Source of the DNA: Eledone cirrhosa
Lineage: Eukaryota
Length of the DNA: 64,000 nucleotides
Assembly (NCBI GenBank): GCA_964016885.1
Contig: OZ024743.1
Coordinates: forward strand, 346,208,001 to 346,272,000
Direction: 5' to 3'
Below the pieces are notes generated by a model that was given only the letters and a program-made list of their open reading frames with translations, was not told where the DNA came from and ran no database searches. Positions 25,423-39,360 of the stretch are shown here, piece after piece. The first letter of the stretch is position 1; every line of letters starts with the position of its first letter. Both the position numbers and the translations under genes were made by a program.

Positions 25423-28167
25423 TAGAAGTGTGCCATAAAAAGCAAGGTCACAATACTAACGCTCCCTGTGTATTTTCCCATTATAAATGCCCCAATGGGT
25501 AAAAGAAAACATATTTTGTATAAAATAAATTATTTTGGGTCTTGCCTATATGATGGTGATTATAGTGGAAAGCGTGATTATGTTGCATGAAAACATGAAA
25601 ATGTGAAACCAAATATGACCATACAATAATTGTTTATTTTATTAATCCATTATATTTAGTAAACCAGCTTTGAATATAAAGGCGTACAAGGAAGAAACAA
25701 GTTCAGTTAAGTTAACTCCAGTCATGTTTTTTTCAGAGTTTCTTTTTTGAAATCCGGGATCTTGCGACGATGAGCTTCGACTACTTGAAGAACACGCTGC
25801 TTCTCCTCCTCATTCTTGGTGATGGCAACAAAATCAGTTATCAACTTGACTGCTCTCTCCGCCAGATCGTTGATTACCTTGATATTGTGAACAACAGCAC
25901 AGGCATTTTGATATGACGCTTGTGATGACCAAGTTGCAGGTGACAGCTCAAGTCAAGTATCGTCGAGACCAACGAGATCGAACAGAAACCTTGATTTCTT
26001 CCCAACTGGATGAGGCAGCTTCGTGGACGACTTCAACTCGGGAAATACTGGAGCACCACGGTCGAGAGGCCCAGGCGTTTTCGTTTTGACAAGACGTTGG
26101 GCTATTTGTTTCTTCGCGGACTCTTGGACCCGACTTGAAAACAGCGCTAGCGGAATGGCTTCCTCCGTCAGGTACCAACGATGCCTGCTCAAAGCAGTAG
26201 TGGATGCCTGCGAGAGATCTGTCAACCTTACTGTACTGTGTCAACTCCACGTAGAATTGAAGGTCATTGCATGGTGCATCAGCAAACTTGACTGCTGTCA
26301 GCCAGTATCGCACGTAGAACAGAACATTGAAGATACAGATCCAGCGCAACTTTTCCATTTTAGCTTGATCGTAATTGAGTCGCTCACCAAACGCATACAT
26401 CTTTGCACTATAGATGATTGTGGACATTCACTGAGCGTTATGATGTGCACCAGGCAGCATCCAATGAATTCCACGAGGAAGGGTGACACCAAGCAAGATC
26501 AACATCAACTCGGCACATTCTCGGTAGTCGTCCCTTGGAAGAGAACTCATTTTCCCATCATCGGATGTCATCAAATCTTGGAGGAAATTGATGTTCTCAG
26601 AACACAGACGCTTGAGTCTCCGGTCGACAATGTTCAATATTTTAAAGTTGGTCTTGTCCGTGAGTGACACCCAATCGTTTTTGAACTCCTTGAACTCTGA
26701 GGTGTCTGGACTGGACATTGCTCCGAATAGTTGTTGCCACACTGCACACAAGATACGACAAGCAAAATAAAACACCTTTTTGTTGAGCATCGCTTCTAGT
26801 TTCACGCAGGTACCATTTTTCCATCCAGAATACGAAGCAGTTGCGTCGAAGACCAAGCCCACCACAGACACATCAACATTCCAATATTTAACAAGATCAA
26901 ATCATGCTTTGGCTTGGGTGGTTCCAGTGCCATCAAGAATTATGGGAACACCGAGGAGTTTACCTTCTCTGAAGTCTGGAGTTCCAGAAACTAGCACACC
27001 TAGCCTCTCGTGGTCACCAGGAATTATTTTGCCATCCCAATGCAAGGTAACAAAGTCTGGTACAGCAAATTGTTCCTTTATGTGTTCAGCCCCCACAATT
27101 CTGATCTTCTTAGCTGCACGTCTGCTACTATTCTTGGAGAGAGTTGTGGCGTCTATGTCAGTTCCACCTTCAGAAATAATCGATGCCATGAATGCTGTTC
27201 TCTGGCCCAGTGTCAAGTTTAAACGATCAGCCATTAGAGAAATTTGTGGACATTGAAATGGATTCTTTGGCAGTTCCGGCTGGATTTTTCGTTTCTTGTC
27301 TGTCTTTCAGCTGTCTCTGGGTGGGTTTGAGGCCTGAAATTCAGGATCCTGTTCATCTTCAGTTTCATCATTGGTTGAACTTGAATCACTCAGTTCATTA
27401 CGTGGAAGTTGTGCTGCTACAGATCCTGACAAACGCTTTCTAGGGTTCTAGAAATATACCTTTGAAGATACCTTTTTCTGGTAACCCTTGTCTTCAGCAC
27501 CCAGAGATACTTTTTTTCTGGCAATGCAGGGCTTCGAGAAATGTAGCATCTTCCATTTTCTGTTCATTATTACGAAGAAGGTCTTTCAAAATTTTCTTTT
27601 CAGCATCAGTATGTGCAATGTAGAAATACGAATCCTATTCAGAAATAAATAGTGATTCCTTTTCTTTGTTTGATAAATAGTGCTTCCTTTTTTTTTGTAA
27701 ATTTTTGTATTCACTGTACATGTTCATAATTTTCAGTTTCACTTTGTCTTTTCGTTGAGTCGCTACACCAGCTTTTCCTCACTGACTAACAACTTCCATC
27801 ACAAGCCTATCCGCAATAGCACCATTGAAGCTCACATGATTTTCGTGTTTCATAGGACCATCTTTCAGGTAGAAGAAATATCTTAGAACATCCCCCTTTG
27901 TTGGTATTTAGTTTGGTGAAAAGGATGTAACATATTGCCCCAGGAGTCATTTTTCTCGATCATCACAACGGAGAGAGTAGCTGCAACTAGGCCCACTGGT
28001 TTCCGCCATTATTCTGCACATTTGCAACTATTAGGCAAAGCTTAAATTAGTCAGAAATAATCAAAATTACATTATAAATTGATAATATACAAAATGGCAT
28101 GAGGTAATGCATAGGGAGCTAAGAAAAAAACACTCTTGTGTAAAATGTGGGATTCTGGAACACCCTA
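25423..28167 (-). mobile_element. Full-length decayed hAT-superfamily DNA transposon (hATm-like)
   Basis: Perfect 8-bp TSD GTACACAT (25415-25422 and 28168-28175), imperfect TIRs TAGGGTGTTCC / TAGAAGTGTGCC. Transposase pieces include LHWDGK, VFDATAS, FACR, RDDYRE, PGAHH, HRWYLTEE and NDLAERAVKL. Confidence 0.88.
25700..28010 (-). pseudogene. DDE transposase pseudogene of the hAT element
   Basis: ORF pieces 26902-27234, 26428-26871, 25948-26427 and 25953-26225 are separated by stops and frameshifts. Confidence 0.85.
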
Positions 28168-28671
28168 GTACACATACAGCATACACTCGCAACCTGGTCC
28201 TCATTGTGGTTCCTCGCCTGCACCAACGACGGTCGTTGAGCGTACCAAATGATTCACTTGCCTTACTAAAACGTAGACCAACTTCTGCATCTAGAGAGCA
28301 GGCCATACTCAGAGTACTCACCAAATACACCAATGTGTCACAGCCTTCAGATTTTGACCGTTTATTGAAAACTTTATCCGGAGCAGGTTGGTACATGATG
28401 ACAGTCTTCTTCAGACTGATTGTCAGTCCCAAAGTACTACGCGCATTGGAAAAAAAATAATTCATATGGTGTTGCATGTCAGTCTGGGAGTGTGCAAAGA
28501 TATCACAATCATCTGCATATAAAAATTCTCTGATCAGTACCTTAGTGTTGGTAGTGAAACGCCTGAGGTTAAACAGCTTGCCGGGTCTGCGATATCTGAG
28601 ATAGATACCATGTTGACAATCCCTGGAGGCCATGAAGAACACCATTGCGAAATACAAGGCAAACAAAGTTG
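28168..28671 (-). mobile_element. RTE-clade LINE RT fragment (upstream of the hAT insertion)
   Basis: GKLFNLRRF..IREFLYADDC..LGLTISLKKT..KASESFG. Truncated at a (CATA)n tract. Confidence 0.9.
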
Positions 28672-29353
28672 ATACATACATACATACATACATACATACA
28701 TACATACATACATACATACATACATACATACATACATACATACATACATACATACATACATACATCTTCATGCATGCATACATACATACATGGATACACA
28801 CATACATAATGGCTGCAGCTCGATTTCGAGTAATGCCATCACTTGATATTTAAGCATAAGCATCACGGAGATCGCTTTTTAGTCCCAAGGACTTGCCTAT
28901 GGTCAGCAATACCATACATCGCAAAATGTCACATATCAGTCGATGCTTGTGTTTGAAGCTTTTTTAAGTGATGAAAGGTTTTCACGGTGCCAATCCCACT
29001 CTTTGAACATCGAATGCATTTGTCCCCAAAGAAAAACTGGTATATATCATTGGTTGCAAAAGAAGTCGCAGATTTTATATCAGAGTGACTTTCTCCTAGA
29101 GACATGTCTTAATGAAGAATAGGAGTCTGTCTCTCAAAACAAGAAAAAAATTATTTGGTGGCCGTTGACTCTCCTGGGTTCCTTCACACATTGAGGAATT
29201 TTGTTTTTCATAACGCAGTGGGTACAAAATCACTCTCCTCACTATACAAGAAGTTGCCGGTCCAGTCATCAACGACACGACCATACATAGGTTGTACTGG
29301 ATTAAATATTACCAGTAGCACTGGAAAGCGACATGACATACATACATACATTT

Positions 29354-29395
<42 letters not shown>

Positions 29396-29444
29396 ATAAA
29401 TACATACATACATACATGCATACATACATACATATATACACACA

Positions 29445-30932
29445 CCCGATTAAGAAAGATCTGGTCATCGGAACTCTCTGCACAAAACAAAATAGTGACT
29501 CACAATGTGTTTGCTGTGTCTGTCCTAAAACCAACGTTTGGAATACTCAATTGGACGATAGACGAAATCCGAGCAGTTGATGTTGGAACTCGAAAAATAC
29601 TAAACAACACCGGAAACTTTCACATAAACAGTAACATAGACCGCCTTTACTTGAAACGTAAGCAGGGAGGCAGAGGCCTAAAATCAGTCCAGACAACATT
29701 TGAATGTCGCATCATATCTCTCCGACAACATCTAGGAACATCGAAGCGTAGGAGCCCGTTTCTCGAGCAAGTCTATCTGCATGAAACAGGATCATGAGAG
29801 TTGGGAAGGAACTCCTCGAGAGATATTCCCCGTGTGATAATCAAAAACTCACACCCAGGGAAGTCGCCCAGCAGTGTCGCAGTGAATCCATGGATGAAAA
29901 ACTGCATGCTTATCAGCAAAAAATCATGCATGGATATGTTGTCAGGAATCTCCAGAGTGAGAGTAATATAGAAAGTAGTCTATCTTGGACCAACAACCGC
30001 TATATTGGCTCCCACCTTGAAGGATACGCTTTTGCAATCCAAGAACAGGAGATTAACACGAAATACCTGATTCACAAAAGAGATAGGGATGCATGCAAAA
30101 CACCTAGATGTGATAACAAGTGCAGACTCTGCAGAACTAACATCGAGGATATCATCCATGTCATCAGCAGCTGTCCAAAGATGTCATCGCGGTACTATCT
30201 ACCTAAGAGGCATGATGTAGTAGCCAAAACACTGTACAATGCGGTTCGTAAAAAAGATATACCCGATAATAAACACATTAAAAGCTACAGCAATGTGGAA
30301 GACATCCATGTAATAACATGAAAGAGTACTGGTGGAATGTTCCAGTAAAAAAACACAATAAAATGCTGGCATAACAGACCAGATATTATGATATGGGACA
30401 GGGATTAGAAAGCATGCACAGTAGTGGAAATGAGCTGCCCAGCCGATGCCAATATAATATCAAAAATTAGCGAAAAGGTGAATATTTATGCAGACCTGAT
30501 GGGAAATCTGCAGAAACTCCACCCTGATTACACCTTCAGATTTATGCCTGTGATTATTGGGGCCCTGGGATATGTTAGTAACTGCCTCTATACAAATCTT
30601 GAGAAGCTAGAGAACAGAGAGAACACAACTAGTTAGAAAATTACAAGTACAATCCATTAATGGAACAGTAAAAATATGTAAAACATTCCAAGGATTTTGC
30701 ATCTAATAACTGCATATACACATGTACAGATGCAAAGCATATACACATGCACACATACAACTGAAAACATCCACATCCACACATACAATAACATCCATAT
30801 CTACACATGCATGCATACATAATCTACCTAGTTGATGTTGTGTAAATTCCAATGAGAGAGTCGTGTGTCTATGTTAGAAACCGACTCTCTCTTTATTGGG
30901 AACAAATTTGTGAAATTATAAAACCAGACAAA
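29445..30932 (+). mobile_element. 5'-truncated R4/Dong-like non-LTR retrotransposon (RT thumb, CCHC knuckle, restriction-like endonuclease)
   Basis: DRLYLKRKQGGRGL, AIQEQEINT, CRLC..IIHVISSCP..RHDVVAK, RPDI..EMSCP, PVIIGALG. Flanked by (CATA)n-type repeats at both ends. Confidence 0.88.
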
Positions 30933-31409
30933 CATACATACATACATACATATACTTTCATGCATACATACATATATAAATACATACTAGATGTGTATAT
31001 GAAAACATGTTTCGTACAATAACCATGATAACAGCTTTCATAACCAAACTTGTTATGAAAGTTGTTGTCATTTTAGAACAATCTCAGTATCCATGTCAAA
31101 TGTATGACATGTGTTTCGGGATTTTATCTGTCATCGTTAACGTTTAGTCACTTGTTCTGGATACAAGATTAAACTATAACATATATAGTTTTGTTTACGT
31201 GTGAAACAAGCTATAGCTTATTCTGTGGAGTATGTAAATATCACCGAATACTGATAAAAATCCAGAAAAATATATCAGAGTATTTAACGCGGCTAATAAG
31301 ATAGCTGTGACATGATTACAGCTAAAACCATCCACAGCATAACTCTTCTACATTTATTATTCATACATTCCTTAATATACTCATAGAGGCTCTGTTGATT
31401 TTACTGCTA

Positions 31410-31720
31410 AAACATGCATACCTGGATCCATATATACATCCATACATACATCCATGCACACATACATAAATTCTGCTGTAATAATTGTTATATACACATG
31501 TATAAATACATTATCATATGCACATGTACACATGTAACTCAAAACATGCAGATCCACACATACCATAACCTCCATACCTAGACACAAGCACACACAAACA
31601 CATCCAGGCATATATATTTACTTAGTTGATGACTAAATTCCAATGAAAGGATATTGTGTATATGTTAAACACTGGTTCACTTTCTATTCGTGAACATTTA
31701 TTAAATAATAAAACCAGAAG
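31410..31720 (+). mobile_element. Diverged 3' UTR remnant of the same R4/Dong-like family
   Basis: tagttgatg..aaattccaatga..atgtta..aaaaccaga matches 30828-30930. Confidence 0.55.
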
Positions 31721-32706
31721 AACGTAGATACGTGAATTATAATAGATGTTCGTTCGTGAACCGCGTATAAGCATCCACTTGTTTGATTAATTGAACGAGC
31801 TGCCCATCTAATTATTATTGGAATAGATCGAGGATGCCAAAAACATTTGTATCGTTACAGTAAATCTCAAGTGGAATCAGCGTGACAGAGTGTGAGAAGA
31901 CTGCACATTTTCACCAAGTTTTATATCAACCCAAGTTTATAGAAAAAGACGTTTGCCCAAGATTCAAAGCAGTGTGTCTAACGCTATTTCATTATGAAGG
32001 ATAAGTGAACATCTTAACCACTGGGCAATACACACATGCTTACATACATATATATACATAAATACATATATTCATACATACATACATACATACATACATA
32101 CATGCAAGAATGTACACATAAATACATACATACATACATAGGAATCATATTAGCCATCAGTTACAATGCAACAAATCTCTATCATCAGTACAGAGCAATT
32201 AACTAAAAAACGTTCCAGGTTAAAATGTTCCTAATTGTTACAGTTATTCTGTCTATCTACAGATATTATATTAAATTTTAGATTATGCTCAGCCAGTATG
32301 TGCTAAGTATTACAACTAAGAACACATTGATTCCCTGGCTATCTAATAAGAATCAGTAGGTTGAGAGACAAAGTGATTGGTGGTTCAAATACAATGCCTT
32401 TTTATATCTAAAGTTAAAATTCTACTTGGGTCGACTTTTAACAAATTCTTCAGCGTCCGAGAATTTTATGGTAATCGATATAATTTACCATATCCTTCCA
32501 AACATCTGTAACATTATGGCCACTTTATTTATTTAAGCAGTGTTAGAAATGATTTCTTTTATTTTATCATGTTGATAGTCGTAAGGAATTGAATACAAAG
32601 CTTAGAAATATTCAATGTTGTTTGTAATCTAAATTCAGGAGTGTTTAGTGCCAATTTCAATTTTCCCTAGACATGGATTCCTATAAAAACTGATTAGAAT
32701 ACTTAC

Positions 32707-32782
32707 CCTTTCTCTTACTCCGATTAAATAGGTCTTCAATGCTAATTTTCCATTGCCTTGTGAGAAATGACAAAGAAATGTG
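32707..32782 (-). other. Candidate internal exon (76 nt) of a minus-strand transcript
   Basis: Acceptor tttgtatctttAG and consensus donor AGG/gtaagt. Two open frames (HISLSFLTRQWKISIEDLFNRSKRK or TFLCHFSQGNGKLALKTYLIGVRER). Confidence 0.35.
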
Positions 32783-33188
32783 CTAAAGATACAAATCTAC
32801 TTTTAAAATAGAACACCGGGATTTTTTTTATATAATCCTATTTATTATTATTAGTAATATTATTATTATTATCATTATTATCATTATTATTTTGTAATAT
32901 CGTCATTTTTATGTTCATCTACATTTCTATTTGTTTATCCATTTCAAATCGGAACCTGCGATATGCAGCAATTTAAAATTAGACAACGGAAAAAAAATTA
33001 CAACAAACAACAAACAATCACTTCCTGACTGTCGGACTTTTAAGCAAGAATTATTCTCAAACGCACACACACATAAACACATACACGCGTGTGTGCGTGG
33101 GTACTTATATACACAGACACGTACTGAAGCATACACTATCACACATGTGCATATATATATGTATATATATGTGTGTGTGTGTATGTAT

Positions 33189-33232
<44 letters not shown>

Positions 33233-33296
33233 ACACATACACACATACACATATATATATATATACACACACACACATATATATATGTATAAGTAC

Positions 33297-33338
<42 letters not shown>

Positions 33339-33730
33339 TTATACATATCTATGTATAGATTTATATATATATATATACATTAATACATATATGTGTGTGT
33401 GTGTATATGAAAGTACATATATATGTATACAAATATAGGACGTACAACAGTGGAGTTCGTTTGATTTCTTAGAAAGCCACGTAACAGATGATTAGATTCT
33501 TAACGAAGGCCGAGGGTTTGACCCTATTCTGCTATAATTCCATTTGCTGGCGACTGGTATCGCTTTCTTTAGAGCTTCGAAATTACTGCAATCAAATTAC
33601 ATTGGCCGCAGCATATTCTTCAGTCAACTCTGTACAATAACAATGGGAATTTCTACAGACCTATTATGTATCATTTAGTCCACTCTGCGTATAATATCCA
33701 TTTTACTTGATTAATCTCCGAACAATTCAC

Positions 33731-33841
33731 CTTGCTCCACACAACAGAGAAAATTCATTTTAGCAGAATGAGTTATGGCTGAAAGAGCTTTCATGATATT
33801 GGCGCTGACTTTAAAATTACTTGAACTAATTTGGTAAAATT
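33731..33841 (-). other. Candidate exon (111 nt, phase 1-1)
   Basis: Acceptor ttcttttaacAG and donor AAG/gtgaat. Open frame [36 protein letters not shown]. Confidence 0.25.
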
Positions 33842-34035
33842 CTGTTAAAAGAATTGTAAAGGAATGAGCAATAAGAATGGTGAAGATAGCAATGGTGATT
33901 ATTGTAATGATATTGATGAGTGTGATAGTGATCATGATGATCTTGTCTATGATGGAGTGTATGTATTGAAGTGGAAGTATGACTGTTCTGATATGCGTGA
34001 ATATACATACATTCACTCAGATAGAGAAATACATA

Positions 34036-34121
<86 letters not shown>

Positions 34122-34569
34122 TGTGTTTATGTGTGTGTCTATGTGTGTATAAGTATTCAAATATATACGCGTGGATGTGTGTGTTTTGTGCAAGCTTGGG
34201 GTGGGTGTATCTTTGCGAGCATGTATGAGTGTGATTTGATGTTTCTGTCAATGCTATATAGTTTTCAAAATAAGCCAAAGGAAGCACATAAATGTATCAA
34301 TTCGTTCTGGAAAGATCTCTCATTATTTCAATGATAAAAGCTGGTGAAGACAGAGGGGAAGGTTTGTGTGAAAGACATTTTTACATGGAACCTATAAGGA
34401 AATGAAACACTCTAAAAGTATGTCTATTATAACAATGATGTCATAGGAAAGTGAAGTTCGTTATTGTATATCATTCATTGTATTGCTTTCAGATTCTAAC
34501 TGGAAATGTGTTTACACAGAAGCTGGTGGCGACATTACTCAGTGAACAATTTTCACCGATCGATAGAAA

Positions 34570-35012
34570 CTAAAATGGTGAAGAATGGCGGCCACATCCG
34601 AAATTGAAAAAAGTAAAACGAAACACATAGATAAAATAATAAAAAAAAAACGCAAAGGAGGGAAAAAGAACAAAATAAGAAAAAATAATAGATTCAAAGA
34701 AAAAAAAACAATTTAATATAATAAATAAAACAAGAAGAACAATAAAAGAAGCGAGAAAGTATAAAATAAAATCAAATAGAGGTCTCCGTTTTGATATAGC
34801 AGATGTGATTTAATCATTAGCAACAGCTGATTCAAATTGAAGACTAGTAATCCCATAGATGGAGAAAGAACTTTACAGTTAGAACAGAATGAAATGTAAG
34901 AAAATATAAAATATATATACAAGAAAACGTATTATATGAAATTAAGAAAAAGAGAAAGAAAGAAAAATCGAGTAAGCTTCTATGATGTGTCTCGTGGCTG
35001 CCATTTTGTGTG
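34570..35012. promoter_or_regulatory. Possible promoter region with two opposed YY1-like motifs
   Basis: aagaATGGCGGCC on + at 34581-34593 and aaaATGGCAGCC on - at 34996-35007, in non-repetitive sequence upstream of the candidate minus-strand exons. Confidence 0.3.
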
Positions 35013-35219
35013 TGGTGTAATCCTTAACCAGTATCAGGCGTATATTGAACCTGTCTTGTGTTTTGAATGTATCGGCTAAGAAAATAGCATTTGATATTGT
35101 CCAAAATGATACTTGTCAACGTAACAATAAGTCATAAACAGTTTATCAGGCCTCAAGCTAAATGGTATTTATTGGGTTTATTAAGTTAGAAGTAAGATTA
35201 TACAGAAGAGAGCGGCAGA

Positions 35220-35436
35220 CGGATGATGATGATTATGATGGTGATACGTATGATGGTGATGATGATATCGACGGCGATGGTAATGATGATTTTCGAGGAG
35301 GAAGAGCTGAGGAGGAGGAGAATATTTATTATCATCAGACTCAGCAACATCAGCCTGGAAATAATCATGATGATGATGATGACAACGTCGTTGAGAACGA
35401 TAATGATAATGATGATGATGGTGATGATGATGATGG

Positions 35437-35468
<32 letters not shown>

Positions 35469-35830
35469 TTGATGATGGAGGTGGTGTTGGTGATGCAGAA
35501 AGTGGTATGTTGGTATCTGTTACGGCGTTCGTGGTGGTTTCGGTGGTAATGTTTGTATGGGTTGTTAAGTTGATGGAAGTGGTAGGCGTGATGGGAGAGG
35601 TCGTCGTGGTGGCATTGGTGGTGCTGCTGATGGTGATGAGATGGTGATGGTGATGGTGATGCCGCTTGTGATGTTAATTATGTGATTACCATGATGATAA
35701 TGATGGTGATGATGATTATAACGTTGTCGCCAGCATATTCCTCACTTAATTCTTTAAAATAATAATGAAAATGTTTGATGGTGATGGTGATCTTGACGAT
35801 GATCAAGGCGATATTGATTATGATGGTTAG
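35220..35830. repeat. Degenerate (GAT)n/(GGT)n trinucleotide microsatellite
   Basis: Directly visible. It produces the spurious poly-Asp and poly-Met ORFs. Confidence 0.9.
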
Positions 35831-35891
35831 TGGGAATGGCCTCTAGAGACACAAATAAATGTTAAACTAATAGAGAGACACAGAGAGAGGG

Positions 35892-35938
<47 letters not shown>

Positions 35939-36140
35939 GTATATATATAGAGAGAGAGAGATTAGTGTTGTAATGAAAGAAAAAGCAAGGTGGATAGTGA
36001 AATGTTGATGTTGGTGTAGTAGAAAAAAGTGCTCAGATTACTCATAGATATATTCAATAAAGCATAGAAATTCTTGCCATATATGCAACCGGATATGCAT
36101 ATATATGTATATATATACATATATGGATATATATATATGC

Positions 36141-36267
<127 letters not shown>

Positions 36268-36399
36268 AGTGTGTGTGTGCATGTGTATTTGTGCGTGTAT
36301 ATATATAGAGAGAGAGAGAATTTGTATTTCTAAAGAAATACGGTATGTTTATAAATATACAGTTAGAAAGCCATAGCTATGAATAACACACTGGCAGTT

Positions 36400-37260
36400 A
36401 AGGCCACCAGGCGGTGCTCGGCGGAAGCAAGGGGGATAATCGTCGACGCATTTCGAACTCAACTTTGTAGCCTAAGAACTGCATGCAGTGGATGAAATGT
36501 TGTATGTGTCTCTCTAATTCTTTAGGATTGCACATGCGGAACACGTTCCTCATCCCTCTTACTAAATCCGTAAACATTATATTGATTTTCATGTGTTCCG
36601 AAACACCAGAGTTTCGGTGGCTCAGGTACTTGGTGGCCATGGGTTTGGCATATGCAAATGGTGGATTTGCGTTCTATTATTAATATTTTCCAACCAGAGT
36701 TCCGTGTCTAGTACATGTAATCTATGGTTGGGGTGTTTAGTTGGGTAGACTATGGTAGCTTTAATACTCTGGTGGATGGAGTTAGCTATTTGTTGGATGC
36801 TTCACATGGTATTTTTCTCTAATTCCTGACTGTTCTCCTGTGGTGGTGTTTTTACTACGATACGTATGTCATCTACTTTACGGGAATACATAGTCAGGGT
36901 CATAAAATTGTCGTCTAAGTGTTTCATAAGTTTTCGGTCCCACCATTCCATACAGAGGTTAGGTGTGGCACCTGCTATGGTCACGCCAATTACTGCCCCC
37001 TTTTCTTGGGCTTGTTTTGCCATTAAACTTGAACATATGTTTCATAAGTGTTAGTTATATACTGGCCCCCACCCCAGTGCGAACATTTTCTTTAATTCCT
37101 CATGGTTTTCGGGACTCCGTATGGCCCTGATCCACCAGCTCCATCTTTCTGTGTCGGTCTTCTTGGTATTTAAGGTAATGGTGGGGGGCCTGCCTCTTGC
37201 TGGCCTTGTGCAGCAGAGGCCGCTATGGTTCTGTGTGTCTAAATAATCTTTATTTTGTGT
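36400..37260 (-). pseudogene. Decayed RT fragment of a second, distinct Penelope-like clade
   Basis: GAVIGVTIAG..NLCMEWWD..MYSRKVDD, YPTKHPNHRLHVLDTELW, MATKYLSHRNSGVS..K..LVRGMRN..MQFLGY. The motif pattern differs from the YRDD elements. Confidence 0.7.
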
Positions 37261-37344
37261 GAGTTGAAGGAGGCGTCCCAGCTCACTGGTATAAATCTCA
37301 CAAATTCAAAAACGAAGTATATATATATATCTAAAGTCTGTCTT

Positions 37345-37612
37345 AAGTCAGAAGGTTCATTTGGACTGTGCTTATCCCGGTTTCATGGCGTGAAGCGACT
37401 GAGAGTACAGGACCCCTTTTCCCATGGCCGGGAAGCCAGTCCATTAAAGGGTTAAACCCCCAGCTATTGCTGGTACTCATTTTTAGGTGCGTATACTGTA
37501 GAAACGTGAAATGAAGTGTTTTGCTCAAGAACACAACATGCAACCCAGGAATGGAACGCTCAAAGCTATGATTGTAAGTCCAACACCCTTACCACTAGGC
37601 CACGTACCTCCA
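37345..37612 (-). mobile_element. tRNA-derived SINE of a second family
   Basis: Minus strand has A box tggcctagtggtaa, a degenerate B box gcgttccattcc, and a central tgtgttcttgagcaaaacactt domain. Confidence 0.75.
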
Positions 37613-38003
37613 TATATATATATATAAATATATATATATAAATATGTATGGATGTTTCACGTTAAAATGTTTTTGTAGAATATCGAACGCTACATATGTT
37701 ACTCTGATGATTGAATCTAGTTCCTTATCGATGTGATAGATCTGAATTAATATCAATCTACGCATCTGACGTTTCTCCTCAAATCAAAATATTTTCATCC
37801 AACCTTCTATAAGCAATAAAAACTGTTTAAAGCGAAATTTTGTTACCTCATACATTATATATACACCCTGTTATTTACAATCATACAACACACTGAAACC
37901 TGGAGAAATACAAACTTCATTGAGAAGCACCCCGTTCTAGTAATTGCATCGAATGGTCATATTGTTTCCACCTCCAATAATCAACTGAATTACTGAATAA
38001 CAT

Positions 38004-38085
<82 letters not shown>

Positions 38086-38088
<3 letters not shown>

Positions 38089-38538
38089 AAGAAGAGAAAT
38101 AGGACGAAGGTAAACAGTTACAAAAGAATTTAATCCACGTATTAACAATTGTTTCCTCAGAATTTCAGTCCATTATTGCTACACTATGTTGTAATAGGCA
38201 ATCAAGAAAGATACTGTAGCATCCGAATTTTCAAAATACAAAGTTGGAATGACCAACTTTGTATTTTGAAAATTTGGATGCTACAGTATCTTTCTTGATT
38301 GCCTATTATGACATAGTGTAGCAATAATGGACTGAAATTCTGATGAAACAATTGTTAATACGTGGATTAAATTATTTTGTAACTGTTTACCTTCGTCCTA
38401 TTTCTCTTCTTTGATTACACTCCTCGTTTGTTCGTGTTTCCACTACAGAATCCCTACCAACCTGTCGAGTGACCTTAAAGTATCTTGAGAACTTTCCTCA
38501 CAACTTGTTCTACCAATCTTTGGAATACTCCTAATAAC

Positions 38539-38542
<4 letters not shown>
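38086..38542. mobile_element. Fold-back element: ~165-bp inverted arms (38086-38415, 5-bp spacer) plus a 3' extension, between (TA)n tracts
   Basis: ...caaagttgg aatga ccaactttg... Each arm carries GAAACAATTGTT, a hammerhead-like GAAA plus palindromic stem III. Confidence 0.8.
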
Positions 38543-38630
<88 letters not shown>

Positions 38631-38751
38631 CATAGGGATATTTAATTTGTTGGTAATTCAACTATATTTATCCAGATGAAACATTTATTTTATCTGATAA
38701 AAACGTACCAACGTTTTGGTTTTATAAATATAGTTTCCATTTATTAATATC

Positions 38752-39195
<444 letters not shown>

Positions 39196-39201
39196 ACACA
39201 C

Positions 39202-39238
<37 letters not shown>

Positions 39239-39324
39239 TAAAAGGGAAACAGAAATAACAACACAATCGGTGCAGTATATGGAAGGGATATATTAAATTA
39301 ACGCTTGAAATAACAGGAAAATTG

Positions 39325-39360
39325 TCTTAACATTTCGGACGCCAGTCCTTCATCAGAAGA
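39325..39360 (-). ncRNA. Ultra-minimal hammerhead motif (family G)
   Basis: tctt-CTGATGA-a-GGAC-tggc-GTCC-GAAA-tgtt-aaga. Degenerate relatives at about 60840-60876 (+) and 61390-61425 (-). Confidence 0.55.

Noticed and set aside
26023-26667. 214-aa plus-strand ORF and neighbouring plus-strand ORFs
   Set aside because: Antisense shadows of the minus-strand hAT transposase.
35162-35647. 161-aa acidic poly-Asp ORF with a hydrophobic tail
   Set aside because: Derived from a (GAT)n/(GGT)n repeat, with no splice or homology support.
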